DNA of 63,999 nt, filler included, from Stramenopiles sp. TOSAG23-2 (taxonomy: Eukaryota), in NCBI GenBank assembly GCA_900128395.1. It is 3 parts of 3 records of this genome, joined end to end, with 100 filler letters (N's around TTAATTAATTAA, not from the genome) between each part and the next. Parts side by side here need not be neighbours in the genome. Positions count along the whole stretch, not along the records: positions 47,206 to 63,999 come from LT649666.1; 2 more parts are not named here. One strand, written 5' to 3'. The first letter of the stretch is position 1. Each line of letters begins with the position of its first letter. This document shows positions 60,640-63,999 of this stretch, in pieces. The notes beneath the pieces are model-generated. The model searched no databases and had not been told where the DNA came from. It saw only the letters and a list, made by a program, of their open reading frames with translations. The position numbers and the translations under genes are program-made.

Positions 60640-62327
60640 ATGAAACGACAACAAAAGATAAAAATGGATACACGTGCCTTATTATTACGTGCAAGGACAC
60701 CACCACGTGTAGCTATTGGGGATACAAGATCTCCAGTAAGTGTTGCAGATAAATGAAACGACAACAAAAGATAAAAATGGATACACGTGCCTTATTATTA
60801 CGTGCAAGGACACCACCACGTGTAGCTATTGGGGATACAAGATCTCCAGTAAGTGTTGCAGATAATCAAGCAGGGGAGGAAGGCTCTGCTGCAAAACGAG
60901 TGGCATCAGTAATGCGTGATTCTTCATCCGAAGATATCGGTAATGTCATTTTAAGAGGTAGACTATGTTTAAGAGCATTGAAATTAGTTTTGTTACCAGA
61001 TGGTTTTGGTTGTACTGGTAGCGATGGATTGGATTATGGACGTTTGGTACATTTAGATGTAAGTGAAAATAGTTTACGGGAGTTACCAAGTCGTTTCGGT
61101 ACCAATTTAAACTCTTTGGAATTTCTTGATGCTAGCAATAATTGCCTAAAAGGCTTGCCATCGTCCATTGGTCGTATGGTAAATTTACGAACACTTTATT
61201 TACAAAATAATGAGTTAAGAAGTGTGCCATATGATATTGGCTCTTGCAGTGCTTTACGCGTTTTGAGATTGGAAAACAATGTCTTTTCACAATTACCTAA
61301 ATCAATTGGAAAGTTACAATATTTACGCGTATTACATATATACAATTTGCCAGCATTAGCGAAAATTCCAGACGAAATTGGCAATTTAAAAATGTTGCAA
61401 GAGTTATTAATGGATAGTACACCAAATGTAGTACAATTACCGCAAACGATGGGACAATTACATGCATCTGGTGATGGGAGTTTATTAATCTTCTCATGTG
61501 GTGATTTGTCTAGGTTTGAAAATATTCCAGAAAGTTGGTACGCAGGTGTTGATGAATCCTATGCACCATTAAAAATATTGGAAGGATTGTATTATTCAGA
61601 TCGATTAAAACGCAAGCGGCGAACGGCATTTGTATTTGGTGGTCTCTCAACAGTATTGTTAATGTGGTTACGTTCCATCGCGGAGCCACAATTATTAAGC
61701 TATCCACAATTTGTGACTATGAATAGAAGAAAAAGGGAACAATTTATAAGCACATTGTTCAATGTGGGACACTCGTCTATATTAAGCGTCTTTACAATAT
61801 TTTCATTTTTGTTCAACGGGAAAGCGATGAAATTGTTGCAAACAGGGGAAGTATCATGGGCACCAGCGATGAATAGTGTTTCGCTTGCCTTTATAATCGT
61901 AGATACGTTAAATAGAATGAGACGGAATGGGTTAGACACACGCTTTGTTTTAAGATCTGTAACATCAGTTGTGAGTATCTTGTATGTGTTGTATACTGGT
62001 TATTATGAAAGTTTATTATGTTACTGGCATGCTGGGCAATGGGTAGAATTTTTTAGCCACGTACAAATATTTTTAAGACAACTAGGTTTAAATGAAACAT
62101 CGCCACAATTGTTTCGTCAAAATGGCATAGCATTGGCAATTTCATATGTTATGACAAAAATTATACATGCATTATTAGCTTATCGCTCATTGTCATTATT
62201 GTCATATTTTAAAGGATCATCTAATGCAGAATCATCGAATACTATTGGCACAATAGTTTTAAGTGGTAGTACATTTTCAATATTGACAGCATTTCCACTT
62301 TTTAGACAATATATTCCATTTTTATAA
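60640..62327 (+). CDS. LRR protein fused to a C-terminal multi-pass TLC-like domain; 5' end duplicated (ORF from 60753)
   Basis: about 6 LxxLxLxxNxL repeats followed by about 6 TM helices. Confidence 0.78.
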
Positions 62328-63119
62328 AGAAAAGCCAAAAAAAAGGTTAAATGTATTTAATATATCGCGATATATGTATACATATTGACAGCATTTCCAC
62401 TTTTTAGACAATATATTCCATTTTTATAAAGAAAAGCCAAAAAAAAGGTTAAATGTATTTAATATATCGCGATATATGTATACATACACATAAATATATA
62501 TTATTAAATATATTTGGTGTTAAATTTTTTTTGTGATACGAGTGTGAGTGAGAGATTTAAAATGATATGCATATCATACGAAGTATATATTAACACACCA
62601 GTAAATAAAAAATATTAATCTCTTCTATATAAAAATGACTGATATTTAAAAAGGAGTATTTTTAATAATAAAAGGAATGGGACCATCTCAGACATTTTAG
62701 TCAATCCTACACTAGATAGTAAATCTAAATGCACGTCTGCACTCTAATTCGTACGTACGTACTCTGACAAGCACGCGTACGTGTCTATCCTTCCCTGCGC
62801 ACACGTTGAATGCGCTGGACGTCGGATTCGCTCGAAAACGGTGAGGCTATCGATGTGAAAGATCCTGGCCTATACAACAACCGGTAATTATCGGAAAAAG
62901 ATCTCTCGAAGTGCACGGTGTTGTGGCAAAAAGCCGCGGTTTTAATTACCTTAGCTTGTAGATCCCTAAAAGTTTCGTTGACCCATTGTGCTTTAAGCCA
63001 GTTTCTTCTTTTCTATTCGTAGCGTAACAATGTTTGCATTTCAGGATAATATAATATGTACGAAGTATTAACCTACTGATAACACTTTCGCATATCATAT
63101 CACACACACATACAAACAG

Positions 63120-63999
63120 TTATATCTCTCCATTTCTGACCATCTCTATTGCATGATGTATTATGTTTACTTGGCTATCAAAATATGCAAGTATCTGAGC
63201 TTCTGAAGATATCGCATATGTAGTTGCTAAATTATCGAAACCTTCTTCTATTGATGCATTATTCTTCTTGTCAGAAGCTTTAAACGTCACAACATTTCCT
63301 TGAAGATTAATTGCAATAAGACGTTCCCATTGCAAGGATGCATGTTCTAACTGTTGTAATTTATTCTTTACGGAATTGGTTTGATCATCATATTTCCAAA
63401 TGGTATAATTGAAATGTTTACCAACGTTATTCTCTAAATGTATAAAAAGGCTTTTGAGTTTTTCCGTTAAATAATCGAATAAATATTTTATTGCCAATAT
63501 ACGAGGTGTAGCAGTAATGTTGAGATCTTCATTTTTTTGATCAATACCAATAGCATTAGCAATACCGGCAAGATATTTTGGTATTGGCATATCATGTGAT
63601 AATTCAAATTCAATACTGCTACCATTGTTAAAATTTGTTTTTAAATCATATGAATAAATATCACTCAGGAATACCTGCAATTGAGTTGCATTTTTCTCCA
63701 ACCATTCCTTATTTGCACAATTAGGAAGATCCTTAATGCTCCAATGGAGTCCAACTACATCGCATGCACCATCAAACTGTGCAAAACCATGCAATTCAAT
63801 CAAATCGAAATTTGACTTCTCAGTCCCATAATGTGACATTACTTGTTCACCTTTCTTAATTGGATGGTAAAGGACGGCAGATGGAATAGCAATCATATTG
63901 CTGGAAGCAGCAGAAGACGATGAAATACCCTGATTTTTCATTGTCCATGTAATATTAACAGTACCAGGATCATGATTTATCAAATCTAATACAGGTACC
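63120..63999 (-). CDS. SET-domain methyltransferase (SETD3/LSMT-like), 3' part
   Basis: DLINHD, KGEQVMSHYG..SNFDLIELHGF. Confidence 0.8.
   Translation of the reverse strand, partial: VPVLDLINHDPGTVNITWTMKNQGISSSSAASSNMIAIPSAVLYHPIKKGEQVMSHYGTEKSNFDLIELHGFAQFDGACDVVGLHWSIKDLPNCANKEWLEKNATQLQVFLSDIYSYDLKTNFNNGSSIEFELSHDMPIPKYLAGIANAIGIDQKNEDLNITATPRILAIKYLFDYLTEKLKSLFIHLENNVGKHFNYTIWKYDDQTNSVKNKLQQLEHASLQWERLIAINLQGNVVTFKASDKKNNASIEEGFDNLATTYAISSEAQILAYFDSQVNIIHHAIEMVRNGEI

Overview
AT-rich, gene-dense, intron-poor eukaryotic nuclear DNA. It consists of three unrelated contigs joined by artificial 100-nt linkers (N44-TTAATTAATTAA-N44 at 23518-23617 and 47106-47205), so synteny must not be read across the linkers. 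CC2D2A and an ODAD1-like gene imply a flagellated cell. A K+-independent H+-PPase, a 7TM-kinase-DEP fusion and secreted GH16/GH39 enzymes fit a heterotrophic protist, possibly a stramenopile MAG/SAG (inference only). About 28 protein genes, one tRNA-Val(AAC), a 687-bp piggyBac-like MITE and a CRE-like RT fragment were found, plus three GT-AG introns not shown in the ORF track. Main oddities: (1) a 732-nt tract starting at the tRNA 3' end with only 4 adenines, which reads as normal local intergenic DNA if C is back-converted to A; (2) the MITE with three copies of a 22-24 bp palindrome; (3) two dispersed non-coding motif families shared between contigs; (4) several unusual domain fusions. Contig 3 carries 13 short tandem duplications, and four genes have 1-nt frameshifts; both are most likely assembly or sequencing artefacts.
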